Positions 41,175 through 51,239 of a stretch of DNA of 64,000 nucleotides are shown one piece after another (the first letter of the stretch is position 1; each line of letters begins with the position of its first letter). The position numbers were made by a program, and so were the translations under genes. Below the pieces are notes generated by a model. It did not search any database, was not told where the DNA came from, and saw only the letters and a list, made by a program, of their open reading frames with translations. This stretch comes from an uncultured delta proteobacterium (GTDB taxonomy: Bacteria > Desulfobacterota > Syntrophia > Syntrophales > Smithellaceae), in NCBI GenBank assembly GCA_963813455.1, contig CAWEZF010000008.1, positions 1,874 to 65,873 of the forward strand. The letters run 5' to 3'.

Positions 41175-42569
41175 TTATTTATTTTTCTTTCGCCAGTCCT
41201 GATAACGAAGGACACTGGCGTAGGTTCTCAGTGCCCGCTCGGACGATTCGAAGTAAGGAATGCCGGCATCGCAGAACTGAGGTATATAGGAAGGGTCAAA
41301 ACCGGGGATATTAACCATGAGGATAGCCTTGCCGGACTGCCGACGCGTTTCCACGACGGCATCGGTATAAAGCCTGTTTGCTTCGGGGCTCAGCCCGGCC
41401 CCGATGATCAATACGGCATCCACAGCCGGGTCGGCAACAACGGCTTTGACGCTCTGGATGTAAATTCCAATATCCAGCGAAGCTGTAAGACCGACGTCGA
41501 TGGGATTGCGCAGGCTTGTGCCCGTCGGCGGCACAACTTCAGCCAGGGCATCACGGGTTTTCGGCGAAAGCTGTGCCAGACGAAGTCCATTTTCCTCGCA
41601 AGCCTCGGCGGCGGAAACAGCCAAACCTCCCGGCCCCGAAACTATGGCAATCCTATCGCCAAGCTTCTGCGAAAGCATGGCAAACCCCATGAGGGAATCA
41701 AACCAGGCCTCGAAACCTGCCACGGGAACGGCGCCGGTCTGCCTCACAATTCCCTCCCAGATGTTCCGGGCACCAGCCAAGGCGCCAGTGTGAGACGCTG
41801 CCGCCCGCGCTCCTGCGGATGTCAATCCTACTTTCCAGAGGATTACGGGTTTTTCAAGCGAAGCCGCGCGAAGCGCTTTGAAGAAGCGAGGGCCGTCCTT
41901 TATCCCCTCTATATAAGCGCCGATCAGGCCTGTTTCTTTGTCGCCTCCCAGGTAAAGGAGGAAGTCGGCGCTTGTCAGGTCGCATTCATTGCCCAGACTG
42001 ATGGCCTTGCTGAAACGGATACCGCGCTGCGGGGCTACGCGACATAGGATGTTCGCCAGAGAACCGCTATGTGAGACGATTCCTACAGGACCAGGCTCTC
42101 TTGTTAACTCGGGGAAAAAGGAAAGTCCGGAACGCGGCGCGTAAATTCCCATGCAATTCGGCCCGATGAGTCTCATCCCGGAATCGCGGGCTACTTGTAC
42201 CAGCTCTTCTTCCAGGGCTCGCCCTTCATCGGTACCCATTTCCTTGTAGCCCGCCGTGAACAGAACGGCCCCTTTAACTTTCTTGGCGGCGCATTCTCTG
42301 ACCGCGGCAAGAGTGAGATGCTGCGGCACTAAAATTATGGCCAGATCCACCTCACCGGGTATGGCAGAGACGCTGGGATAAGCCTTATAACCGTCAATCT
42401 CGTCGGCCTGCGTTGACACGGGATAAATCTCGCCGGAGAAACCCTGGTCGAGAAGCGCCATGAAAAAAAGCTTGCCCGTCTTCAATCCCCGGGGCACTCC
42501 GACAATGGCCACCGATCGGGGGTGCATAATCTCATCTATACGTTCTAAAAGCTGCTGCGTGGAATTCAT
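41175..42569 (-). CDS. acetate/acyl-CoA ligase (ADP-forming) alpha-type, CoA-binding protein
   Basis: 464 aa with a CoA-binding Rossmann start (SVAIVGV), GPNCMG, and succinyl-CoA-synthetase-like flavodoxin domains. Confidence 0.8.
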   Translation of the reverse strand: MNSTQQLLERIDEIMHPRSVAIVGVPRGLKTGKLFFMALLDQGFSGEIYPVSTQADEIDGYKAYPSVSAIPGEVDLAIILVPQHLTLAAVRECAAKKVKGAVLFTAGYKEMGTDEGRALEEELVQVARDSGMRLIGPNCMGIYAPRSGLSFFPELTREPGPVGIVSHSGSLANILCRVAPQRGIRFSKAISLGNECDLTSADFLLYLGGDKETGLIGAYIEGIKDGPRFFKALRAASLEKPVILWKVGLTSAGARAAASHTGALAGARNIWEGIVRQTGAVPVAGFEAWFDSLMGFAMLSQKLGDRIAIVSGPGGLAVSAAEACEENGLRLAQLSPKTRDALAEVVPPTGTSLRNPIDVGLTASLDIGIYIQSVKAVVADPAVDAVLIIGAGLSPEANRLYTDAVVETRRQSGKAILMVNIPGFDPSYIPQFCDAGIPYFESSERALRTYASVLRYQDWRKKNK

Positions 42570-42751
42570 CGCTCCTCAAGATTATTATTTTGTTTGGATT
42601 CAGGCGCGCGCATCCTTATCGCGTCAACCGGACACTCTGTAGCACAAAATCCACACGAAATAAACGATGCACTTTTTTCCAAAACAGGATAGCCATACTT
42701 GATTATCAAAAATCGTGAAGCGTGAAGCCGGCCATACGGGTGAAGCGTCAA
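42566..42751 (-). pseudogene. ferredoxin-like remnant translationally coupled to the ACS-like gene
   Basis: CGFCATECPVDAI partial cluster motif and an ATGA stop/start overlap with the ACS-like gene. No ATG or RBS at the 5' end. Confidence 0.3.
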
Positions 42752-42861
42752 CAGTGAAGAGCTAAGAGCGGCTGATTATATTAAATCAGGTAATTATAAA
42801 AGATTTGTAAATACCCGCCCAATGTATTAATTTTAAGCTCACGGAAAGGAAAACGAACTAT

Positions 42862-43224
42862 ATGCTAATCCCCATTATATCTCTTTTTGCGGCAATTTCA
42901 GGCGCTCTTATCATCATCGGCATTCTCAAAAAAAGCAAAAATGTTTTTTCGGCTTTGTCCATTATATTGTGGCTGTGCTCTCTTGTTTCGGCATTTTTTG
43001 TCGGCTGGGCATGGCTGGAAAGAGCTTATTCTGAAAACTGGGCAATGTACGGCTTCTTTTTCATCTCGCTTCCCATCATTATTACAGCGAGTGTCCTGGC
43101 AATATTGATGATTCTTGCGGTAAAAGTTCGCAAGATTGATAATATGAAGGATGTTTGCTTAAGACTTTATCTTCTTTTGATATTCTTAGCGGCGCAGGTT
43201 GTTGTTGGGTTTTTTTACGCCTAG
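42862..43224 (+). CDS. small integral membrane protein (4 predicted TM segments), function unknown
   Basis: 120 aa hydrophobic ORF with no family recognised. Confidence 0.4.
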   Translation: MLIPIISLFAAISGALIIIGILKKSKNVFSALSIILWLCSLVSAFFVGWAWLERAYSENWAMYGFFFISLPIIITASVLAILMILAVKVRKIDNMKDVCLRLYLLLIFLAAQVVVGFFYA

Positions 43225-43233
43225 AAAAAATGA

Positions 43234-43335
43234 TCCAGCAATAATTATATTGCCACAAATAAGCAAATCGACAAACTGGTTTACGAGCTAAACGCTTTAA
43301 CCCACGAGGAAATCACCATTGTTGAAGGGCAGTAA
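43234..43335 (+). pseudogene. second C-terminal tail of a type IIG RM/methyltransferase gene
   Basis: ..NKQIDKLVYELNALTHEEITIVEGQ*. Paralogous to 40613-40681, including the downstream GTAATGTGT. Confidence 0.4.
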
Positions 43336-43374
43336 TGTGTTGAGCATGAATTGTAAGCGCTCCAATAAGTATTT

Positions 43375-43662
43375 ATGACAAACGACGCAATAATATCTTA
43401 TATATCAAAAGTGTTTTGGCGAACAAGCCTAGACGGGTCGCATCAATATACATTACGTTCATGGAAATCTGACTTAGCAGAGATGTTTAATGAGTTTGTC
43501 CTGCATATTAGGCAACATGGATACGTTGATAAGTTCATGGGGGAAGAATACATCTATTTTAATGTGGGGGGAGCTTATCGATACTGGAGTATGGGCGCGC
43601 CTCTTGAGGAAACAATTTTGATTAATCGGGCAAAAATGAATTCAAAACAGCTTTCTGATTAA
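43375..43662 (+). CDS. hypothetical protein
   Basis: 95-aa ORF (..YIYFNVGGAYRYWSMGAPLEETILINR..). No family confidently recalled. Confidence 0.35.
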   Translation: MTNDAIISYISKVFWRTSLDGSHQYTLRSWKSDLAEMFNEFVLHIRQHGYVDKFMGEEYIYFNVGGAYRYWSMGAPLEETILINRAKMNSKQLSD

Positions 43663-43830
43663 TGGAGTATCTAATGCAGATCGATCTAAATAAATTTGTT
43701 CCTTTCTACCGCGATACGTTACTTAAACCGGAAGTTTTGGATATCTATGAAATTGGTAAAATATATTACTAGCCGTCTTTTTTTGATGCCTCCTATAAAT
43801 TCGACGAATTCGATAATGATTCAGAGCTAA

Positions 43831-43872
43831 AACAAGGCGCCCCAAAATGGAGCGCCTTGTTTATATTTTTTT
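43831..43872 (+). terminator. rho-independent terminator
   Basis: 10-bp stem AACAAGGCGC/GCGCCTTGTT followed by TATATTTTTTT. Confidence 0.65.
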
Positions 43873-43884
43873 GCGTGCAACCGC

Positions 43885-45289
43885 CTACTGCACCGCCCTG
43901 CCCGGCCTTCTCTTTACCCTTACCGCGGCTCTATCTGCGGCCTTTTGCTTCAATACCGGAACAACAAAAATAGTATAGAGCGCGCACATGCCGAAGAACG
44001 CGGCCATGACAACGGCCACCCAGTAATTGGCAAACATCACGTTGCCGGCGGCGTCTTTGCTTATATCGGTAAAAATGCCAATGAGCAGGCCGGCAAAAAT
44101 TATTATGGTGATGATGGGAATCAGATAACCGCCGGGCACTTTGAAATCCCGCGGGGTATCCGGCATTCTTCTTCTGAGCCTTATGACGCAGGCAGCCATC
44201 ACAACATAGATGAAGCATTCAAGCGCCGCCGCCATGATAATTATGAAAAGATACTGGCCGGAAATAAGGACAAAGAAGCTCACAAGAAGCGCGAAGAACA
44301 TAAGCCCGAGAATCGCAACCCACGGCGTGGCGTGATCCGGATGCAGCCTGCTGAAAACGCTGGGCAGAACATTGTCCCTGGCCATCGCGTAGGCGAAACG
44401 CGATGTGTTGAGAAGCCCGGAATTAAAAGACGTGACCGACGCAAGTATGCTCATGACTATAAAAACGGCAAGCCCGGTTTTCCCGAACAGGTTCTGGCCG
44501 AAAAGGATATGCGGGATGCTCGTACCCGAAAGCCTCTGTTCGGGCGTCAGGCCGATCCACATGGCGACGGTAAAAAGCGCGTATGTCACGGAAAGCAGGC
44601 CGATGGCAATCATCATTCCCTTGCCGATAAGCCTGTAATCGGTTGTTTCCTCGGCCAGCGGCGTCACCCACTCGAAACCCGACATAAAGGAAAACGCCCA
44701 CAGCGGCAGCGGTAATGACATTGGAAAGCGTGAATTGCGGATTTGTGAGTGCCGGAATAATGCTCAGGTCGATTTTGAAGATTGCGTACAGGGAGACGAA
44801 AATCAGAAAGCCGATCATTGTGTAAGTGAGGATGTCCTGAACAAAACCTGTCAGCCTGATGCCGCGGTAATTTATTGCCGCAACCGCCAGAATAAAAAAT
44901 ACCAGCCAGAAAGCGCGATCAAAAGTCGGGCTTACAATATCGAACGCGTGGACAAGTACGCTGGCCAAAAGGTAACTTTCGGCGCCGACCATGGAAATGC
45001 CGAGTAGGACATAAAAACTTCCGATTATAATCGCCGCCTTTTCATTGAACGCTTTCTGGATGAACAGCTTTATGCCGGCGGCTGTCGGATACTGGGAGGT
45101 AAGCTCGGAAAAGCACATGGCCGAAAGCAGGCACAAAAGCCCGGCAATCAGTATTGATATCCATGCCAGTTCGCCGACAACAATCGTCGCCACCTGAAAA
45201 CCGGCAAGGTAGCAGGATGTGGCCAGCGCCATTCCCGCGGATGCCGAAATAACCGTCCGCAGTTTGAGTACTTTTTTAAGTGTGGTCAT
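43885..45289 (-). pseudogene. APC-superfamily amino acid/polyamine transporter, one frame break (or sequence error)
   Basis: ORFs 44423-45289 and 43885-44721 are collinear. The join FLYVGF|EWVTPLAEE lies at a GGGTTT run near 44670. Confidence 0.75.
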
Positions 45290-45351
45290 TTGAATTTCCG
45301 CCTCTGATAAATATAAGAAAAAGTATTTATAAAATCATGCCGCGTCAAAAT

Positions 45352-45711
45352 TCAGGCGTCGGGCCAGATTATCATGGTAATGGCATCGAGCCTGACGACA
45401 TCCTCCTGCGATGCCTTAACCCGTATTTCGCCCTGCAGATATTTCTGCGAAGGGTTCAAATCTCCCCAGAACATATCGCAGAGATTTTCGCTGACCGTCG
45501 TCACGATAATATCCGGCGTTCCTTCCGCTCCGGCGCCGAAAGAAACAATCTCCCCGCTGATTACATTCATGGTGAACCAGTCGCCCGTGTCGTCGGCATG
45601 AAAGTGCAGCAGCTTTGTCCAATCGCGCTGCATTCTGCGCAGCCTCTTGTTTTCATTGCAGTTAACCTGATAATCGACAAGAGCATCAAGAATTTCCTGA
45701 CTTGTAGCCAC
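45352..45711 (-). CDS. SCP2 sterol-carrier-like domain protein
   Basis: 119 aa with the C-terminal SCP2 pattern DLNPSQKYLQGEIRVKASQEDVVRLD. Confidence 0.65.
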   Translation of the reverse strand: MATSQEILDALVDYQVNCNENKRLRRMQRDWTKLLHFHADDTGDWFTMNVISGEIVSFGAGAEGTPDIIVTTVSENLCDMFWGDLNPSQKYLQGEIRVKASQEDVVRLDAITMIIWPDA

Positions 45712-45822
45712 TTTTTTACCTCCCGTTTAACTATGTTGAACATACCAAGCGTTGGCCAATGAGCCCGCGAAGAACAATAAAAACATAAATAAATTTATGC
45801 AAGATTATCATGCCCTGTATGA

Positions 45823-47088
45823 TTAGTCGTTTTTGCCTATTCCTTTTTCTTTGGAGAGTTCTTTCATGGAATCTTCAAGGGCGTTTAGCACCTCGTCAAC
45901 TTCTGGCGCGGTAATGACCAGCGGCGGCATGAAGCGGCAGATGCTCGGATCGTTTCCGGTATAGACGGCAAGTACGCCCCTGTCGGAGAGTTTTCTGGTC
46001 ATTCTCGGGCCGATGGAATCGTTCGTGTACTGCAGACCCATCATCAGCCCTTTTTGCCGTACTTCAAGCAGCAGCTCGGGATATTGCGCCAGAAGCGTGT
46101 CGAATCCCGTCCTAAATCTCTGCCCCATTTTTTCGGCGTTGCCGGGCAGGTCATGTTTGATTATGTAATCGATTGTCGCCAGAGCCACAATACAGCCGAG
46201 GTCCGAGCCGCCGAATGTCGAAAGGTGCACAAAAGGATGCGGAATGAAAAAATCGTTTATCTCTTCTTTGAAAATTGTGGCCGATATCGGATAAATGCCG
46301 CCGCCCAGCGACTTGGCTACAGTCATGATATCGGGAACAACGCCGAAATGCTCACAGGCGAACATCTTCCCCGTCCGGCCGAAGCCGGTCTGTATTTCAT
46401 CGAGGATTAAAAGAACCTCGTTTTCGTCGCATATTTTTCTTACCTGTTCCAGATAACCTTCCGGCGGGATGTTGATGCCGCCTTCGCCCTGAATGGTTTC
46501 CAGAATGACAGCGGCCGTGTCATTATCTATCGCTTTTTTTACGGCTTCCGCGTCGCCGAAATCAACCATGGTAAAACCCGGCATCAGCGGGTGAAATGAT
46601 TCCTTGTACGCCTCGCGGCCGCTTGCGGAAAGGGCAAATCCCGTATGCCCGTGATAAGCCTTTTGGGCATAGATGATCTGTTTTTTCATGGTGTAACCGC
46701 GGGCGATCTTTATTGCCGCGTCAACTGCCTCTCCTCCGCCGACACCGAAAACCGAACAGCGCAGATCGCCGGGTGTAATCTCGGCAAGCTTTTTCGCCAA
46801 GTCGGCCTTCTGCTTTGAGCAAAGCAAAAATACGCCGATATCGTAACTATCAAGCGCCTTTTTCAGCGCCGCCACAATTTCGGGATTGCGGCGTCCGGCA
46901 TTCATGATGCCCGAACCTGTCTGGCAGTCGATATAGCGCTTTCCGGTCATGTCCCACGAAGATGCTCCGTCGCGCTTCTCCTCGATGATGTCAATACCAG
47001 CGCTTTTGAGCGTTCTGACTTTCATGGGGTTGATAAATTCGGCAAAATCCTTCAAGGCCTGCTGCTTGATTTCTTCAGGCTTGCTCAT
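45823..47088 (-). CDS. class III (omega) aminotransferase, PLP-dependent
   Basis: 421 aa with [13 protein letters not shown] and the PLP-lysine motif TVAKSLGGG. Confidence 0.85.
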   Translation of the reverse strand: MSKPEEIKQQALKDFAEFINPMKVRTLKSAGIDIIEEKRDGASSWDMTGKRYIDCQTGSGIMNAGRRNPEIVAALKKALDSYDIGVFLLCSKQKADLAKKLAEITPGDLRCSVFGVGGGEAVDAAIKIARGYTMKKQIIYAQKAYHGHTGFALSASGREAYKESFHPLMPGFTMVDFGDAEAVKKAIDNDTAAVILETIQGEGGINIPPEGYLEQVRKICDENEVLLILDEIQTGFGRTGKMFACEHFGVVPDIMTVAKSLGGGIYPISATIFKEEINDFFIPHPFVHLSTFGGSDLGCIVALATIDYIIKHDLPGNAEKMGQRFRTGFDTLLAQYPELLLEVRQKGLMMGLQYTNDSIGPRMTRKLSDRGVLAVYTGNDPSICRFMPPLVITAPEVDEVLNALEDSMKELSKEKGIGKND

Positions 47089-47255
47089 CTTTTACCTCCT
47101 GAACCATGCTGTGGGACTGAAATACACTACCGCAATAACGTATCTTGTTTCAACAGGTTTATAAAGCGCCTTGATTACGTTAAAAACTGTTTTTTAAAAA
47201 ACGTGTCACCCAACTCATTAAAGAATGTCCAATTTTTTTCTTGCAGTCTGATGAT

Positions 47256-48314
47256 TTATTCGGCTTTTTCCCTGCTCATCACATCAAAGGTATCAAAAAC
47301 GGTTGCCGGCGGTGTGTAGAGTTTTTCCGGGACTTTTTTCTCAAGCTTTAATGCCTCGCCGCTACATGTGGTGACACAAAGGCCGCAGCCGATGCAACGT
47401 TCAGCGTGAAACGCGATTTTTTCATCTTTCATTTGAAACGCGCCCACTGTGCATCGATCCACGCAAGCGCCGCAAAGATTGCAGAGGCTTTCATCAAAAA
47501 CGCATACATAATTACTTTTAACTGCCAGAGCCGGAGCGGGAAAAAGCTTTAGCGAAATGAGCATGCCGCAACAGCACGAGCAGCAGCAGCACATGGCTTC
47601 GACTTTCTGCGAATTCAGAATATGTATAACCAGACCTTCTTCCTCGCTTTTCTTCAGAATGGCCAGGGCTTCATCGGTGCTGATAAAGCGCGCCATTTTA
47701 TTTTCCACATAATAGTCGGCAAAGGTTTCGAACTGCAGGCATGTTTCCGCGGGATGCTCGCAAGTTTTTCCATACAAGCGCACGGCTTTGCGGCAAAAAC
47801 ACTCGGCAACGGCAATGCGTGATTTACTCCTGATGATGGCCGCCGCGTCATCGTAAGGGGCGATGGGGCTATCGGCCACGATTTCGGCGTTGATGGGAAT
47901 GGAACGCAGGTGCGGTGTTTTTTGTCCGTGAAACGTGGCGCCCAAGCCATTAAGATAATACTGGGAAATATCTTTCAGCAGCGGCAAATTCAAATTGTTG
48001 AGCTGAAACTCATAGATACCGACAATGAACGGCAGCGGAAAATAACGGATCTCTTCATCCTGTTTGACCCTGAAGATAAGCCCCCGGCGGGCCATGCTCT
48101 CGAGTTTTACCGCCATTTCGGAAGCATCAGCCTCCAGGCGCAATGCCACCTCGTGAACCGTTTCCGGCTGCATATCCATTTTCAGAAATATGTCCGCGTC
48201 TTCTTCACTGAAAAGCTGGCGGAGTATTTTAATCTCGACGCCGTTTGCCGTGGCCGGGTAACCGGTTGCCATAGCTTCAAGCCTGTCGCGTAATTTTTCA
48301 TGGATATCTTTCAT
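47256..48314 (-). CDS. 4Fe-4S dicluster protein with an additional CCCCSCCC motif
   Basis: 352 aa with CNLCGACVDRC and CIGCGLCVTTC ferredoxin motifs plus MCCCCSCCCGM. Confidence 0.7.
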   Translation of the reverse strand: MKDIHEKLRDRLEAMATGYPATANGVEIKILRQLFSEEDADIFLKMDMQPETVHEVALRLEADASEMAVKLESMARRGLIFRVKQDEEIRYFPLPFIVGIYEFQLNNLNLPLLKDISQYYLNGLGATFHGQKTPHLRSIPINAEIVADSPIAPYDDAAAIIRSKSRIAVAECFCRKAVRLYGKTCEHPAETCLQFETFADYYVENKMARFISTDEALAILKKSEEEGLVIHILNSQKVEAMCCCCSCCCGMLISLKLFPAPALAVKSNYVCVFDESLCNLCGACVDRCTVGAFQMKDEKIAFHAERCIGCGLCVTTCSGEALKLEKKVPEKLYTPPATVFDTFDVMSREKAE

Positions 48315-48442
48315 TTTATAAGCGGCCTTTCGCGGCTTTATTTAGCCGAGGCATCTTTATCAAAACCGGGGGATAATTACAACTTATGTGATTTTCTCCT
48401 GGTAAATATATGGACATTTTAATACCCAATCCTTTTTTTATT

Positions 48443-48570
48443 GAATTGCTTCCCGAGCATGCGCCGGGCAAGCTGGTCGTTACACTCTCTCGCAAGTACG
48501 GGAAAAGAGCTTTATTGCTTCCCCGGATCGGAGTCCGGGGCAGGCTTCGCTTTGGTCATAGCGAAGACAT
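48443..48570. repeat. dispersed intergenic repeat (copy d, two half-units)
   Basis: GAATTGCTTCCCGAGCATGCGCCGGGCAAGC...CTCGCAAGTAC and TTATTGCTTCCCCGG...CATAGCGAAGACA. Confidence 0.45.
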
Positions 48571-48711
48571 AGACGTAGATCGGATTGGCCCACACCGGCA
48601 ATCTGACTTAAGTGCAATTTTCGGGGATTCGTCAATAATCTAAAAACAATGCCGGATTTATTTTTTGAGGCATCTTTTTTGGAGGCTTGAGTGCGCCACC
48701 ACATTTTTTAA

Positions 48712-48740
48712 TTGACATAGAATTGTGCTTTACCTAAACT
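48712..48740 (+). promoter_or_regulatory. sigma70-type promoter for the three-gene ligase cassette
   Basis: TTGACA, 17-nt spacer, TAAACT, 21 nt before the ATG at 48762. GAAGGTG RBS. Confidence 0.5.
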
Positions 48741-48761
48741 CGTTTCACGGGTGAAGGTGCA

Positions 48762-49874
48762 ATGGACAATATCCTGAGTCGCTTCGGCATTGATAAGCCG
48801 CCTGACGGCACTGGCCGTGTCTTGATCCGGCGGTTACGAAAGCTTTGGCGCCTGTATGGCATAATTCGGCGGGAGTTCCAGTCTAGGGTGCCACTTTCTA
48901 TCCTAAACTCCATTCGAGCCTGGCGTTACGGTTTCACGCGAGGGAGTTACTTTCTATACGAACTGGACAAGCATGACCCACGAATGTTTATCAATGACTG
49001 TGTCCAGTATCTCGAAATGGATAAAATCAATGAGTTACATCTGCATGCGAGTGCTCATAAAGTCATTTTTTCACGATACGTTGAGGGTCTCGGCGCACCG
49101 TGCCCACATATCCACGCGTTAATCATTAAGGGACATATTCATTCTCTGGACAGCACGGAAAAATTGGGAATCGAATGGTTACTCGAACTGATTGAAGAAT
49201 ACCCTTTGGGAGTTGTGCTCAAACCGATAATCGGACGTGAGGGATTCGGTGTTTCTTTTTTGAAACGCGGCAGACAATGCTACGAGCTCAACGGGCAAGC
49301 TGCTACAGATGACGATGTGAAAACAGTTGTGAAACAACTTGACAACTACCTTATCACCGACTTTGTGATGCAGCATGAATACGCCACAGAGCTTTACCCC
49401 AGGACAACGAACACTCTGCGTTTGCTTACGTTGTGGGACTACGAAACCGACCGACCTTTCCTGGCCGCAGCTGTTCAGCGCATAGGCACCTCGCGCTCCT
49501 ATCCCGTAGACAACTTCATAATGGGTGCAGGTGGACTAAGCGCGTTTATCGAGCCTGAGACAGGAAAGTTGAGTTGCGGAGTTCATCGCCCTGATACAGG
49601 ACCCATGCAGAGGCATGCCCGTCACCCGGAAACTGGTAAGCTAATCGAGGGTGTAATCGTGCCAAGATGGCGGGAAACCGTGGAGGAAATCCTCCGGTTT
49701 TCTGCCCGGGTGCCGTACCTTCCCTTAATCGGGTGGGACGTAGTCATGACGCCCAACTACTACGCAATCATCGAAACCAACCCAGGTTGTGGCTTCTACG
49801 TAATTCAGGTGCATAAGCCATTGCTGGCAGATAGGCGCATTAAAAGATTTTTCGAATTCCACGGCTGTATTTAA
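48762..49874 (+). CDS. ATP-grasp ligase of the 'sugar-transfer-associated' (ATPgrasp_ST-like) type
   Basis: 370 aa. RYGFTRGSYFLYEL, VLKPIIGREGFGV, NTLRLLT, DNFIMGAGGLSAFIE, HPETGK and IGWDVVMT..IIETN match the family pattern as recalled. Confidence 0.6.
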   Translation: MDNILSRFGIDKPPDGTGRVLIRRLRKLWRLYGIIRREFQSRVPLSILNSIRAWRYGFTRGSYFLYELDKHDPRMFINDCVQYLEMDKINELHLHASAHKVIFSRYVEGLGAPCPHIHALIIKGHIHSLDSTEKLGIEWLLELIEEYPLGVVLKPIIGREGFGVSFLKRGRQCYELNGQAATDDDVKTVVKQLDNYLITDFVMQHEYATELYPRTTNTLRLLTLWDYETDRPFLAAAVQRIGTSRSYPVDNFIMGAGGLSAFIEPETGKLSCGVHRPDTGPMQRHARHPETGKLIEGVIVPRWRETVEEILRFSARVPYLPLIGWDVVMTPNYYAIIETNPGCGFYVIQVHKPLLADRRIKRFFEFHGCI

Positions 49875-49882
49875 GATAAATT

Positions 49883-51190
49883 ATGGAAAAAGAAAACCAT
49901 ACTCAATATACCCTCCGTTGCTGCCGATGCGGAACAGAAATCGAAGACGACGGGATCATGCTGTTTCATGAAGAGTGCAAGCCCCCTGGACTTCTGCAGA
50001 CAATCTATTCTGCAGCGCGGCCAGGCCCGGGCGAAAAGTCCATGGGGCTATTCCAGTATCGTGATTGGCTACCTGCCCGGAGAAATTTATCTGGTTCGAG
50101 CGCTACTGTAACCTATAAAAGTCGGGGGTTGGCCAAACACTTAAACCTTGAGAACTTATTCATTTCGTTTAGCGGTTACTGGCCCGAACGGGGCGCATCA
50201 ATGATTACCTGTAGTTTCAAAGAGCTCGAGGCCTATGCCGTCTGTGCGCGCCTTCCGGATAATTTCAGCGATGTTCTTGTCGTAGCGTCTGCGGGCAACA
50301 CCGCCAGAGCATTTATTCACGTCTGCTCCAAGCACAATATCCGTGCCCTGATTATTGTACCGGAAAGTTCGCTTCCCATGCTCTGGCAGAATAAAGAACC
50401 AAACAAATACGTTAATGTTTTGGCTCTCAGTGGCAACAGCGACTATACTGATGCAATCTTATTATCGCAGGATATCTGCAGAATGAACGGGTTTGTGCCA
50501 GAAGGCGGTGCCCTTAATGTCGCCCGCCGTGACGGCTTGGGGACGACAGTCCTTTCCTGCGTAGCAGAGGCAAGGCGCATTCCCGATGAGTATTTTCAGG
50601 CTGTAGGCAGCGGGACAGGCGCCATTGCCGCCTGGGAAACGAATGTCAGGCTCAACCAGAAAAAAGTTTGGCCTGGTGGGTTGATGAGGCTTCATCTCTC
50701 GCAAAACTTTCCTTTCACGCCCATTTACGATTCTTGGAAACGGCAGTCCCGCGAACTGGTATCGGTTAATCCGATGCCCGGAGCCTCTCATGGTCATCCT
50801 TACGCTTCCGTGCTATCCAACCGAAAACCTCCTTATGGGATTGCCGGCGGACTTTACGATGCACTAGTTGCCACTAAGGGAAACGTATACTGCATTACAA
50901 ACGAAGAAGCCATTGCCGCCTCGCATTTGTTCGAGCAAGCCGAAGGTATCGACATTGATCCGGCGGCAGCTGTCGCGATAGCGTGCCTGGTAAAATGCGT
51001 CGTAAACAGCACGGTTCAAACAAACGCGTATATTATGCTCAATATTACCGGAGGAGGGTTCAAGCGCCTTCAGCGAGATGTCTCGCTGCAAACAATAAGA
51101 CCAATAGCCGTCATTGGTCGTGCTGATTTTCAAAATATTCATTCTCTCCTTGTTGATAATGAAAAGGGAGATCTAAAGCTTCGCATGTGA
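49883..51190 (+). CDS. threonine-synthase/cysteate-synthase-like fold-type II PLP enzyme
   Basis: 435 aa with an N-terminal Cys/His ribbon (CCRCG...HEEC), PLP-lysine motif TCSFKELEA, and VGSGTGAIA. Confidence 0.65.
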   Translation: MEKENHTQYTLRCCRCGTEIEDDGIMLFHEECKPPGLLQTIYSAARPGPGEKSMGLFQYRDWLPARRNLSGSSATVTYKSRGLAKHLNLENLFISFSGYWPERGASMITCSFKELEAYAVCARLPDNFSDVLVVASAGNTARAFIHVCSKHNIRALIIVPESSLPMLWQNKEPNKYVNVLALSGNSDYTDAILLSQDICRMNGFVPEGGALNVARRDGLGTTVLSCVAEARRIPDEYFQAVGSGTGAIAAWETNVRLNQKKVWPGGLMRLHLSQNFPFTPIYDSWKRQSRELVSVNPMPGASHGHPYASVLSNRKPPYGIAGGLYDALVATKGNVYCITNEEAIAASHLFEQAEGIDIDPAAAVAIACLVKCVVNSTVQTNAYIMLNITGGGFKRLQRDVSLQTIRPIAVIGRADFQNIHSLLVDNEKGDLKLRM

Positions 51191-51239
51191 TATCTGCTTT
51201 GAAAGAAGGCTATGCGATAATTTATAAATAATTGATATT

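Noticed and set aside
41139-42047. 302-aa plus-strand ORF
   Set aside because: It is antisense to the well-supported ACS-like gene, with Arg/Gly/Pro-rich shadow-frame composition.
35545-43700. Calling the accessory stretch a defined mobile element or prophage
   Set aside because: No integrase, transposase, recombinase, terminal inverted repeats or att-like direct repeats flanking a tRNA could be identified. Only gene remnants are present.
43675-43773. 32-codon ORF MQIDLNKFVPFYRDTLLKPEVLDIYEIGKIYY*
   Set aside because: It is too short, has no recognisable family and has a weak RBS. It may be another gene fragment, but that cannot be supported.
43945-44715. 256-aa plus-strand ORF rich in H/R/K/G
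   Set aside because: It is antisense to the APC transporter. Its composition is typical of the reverse frame of a hydrophobic membrane-protein gene.
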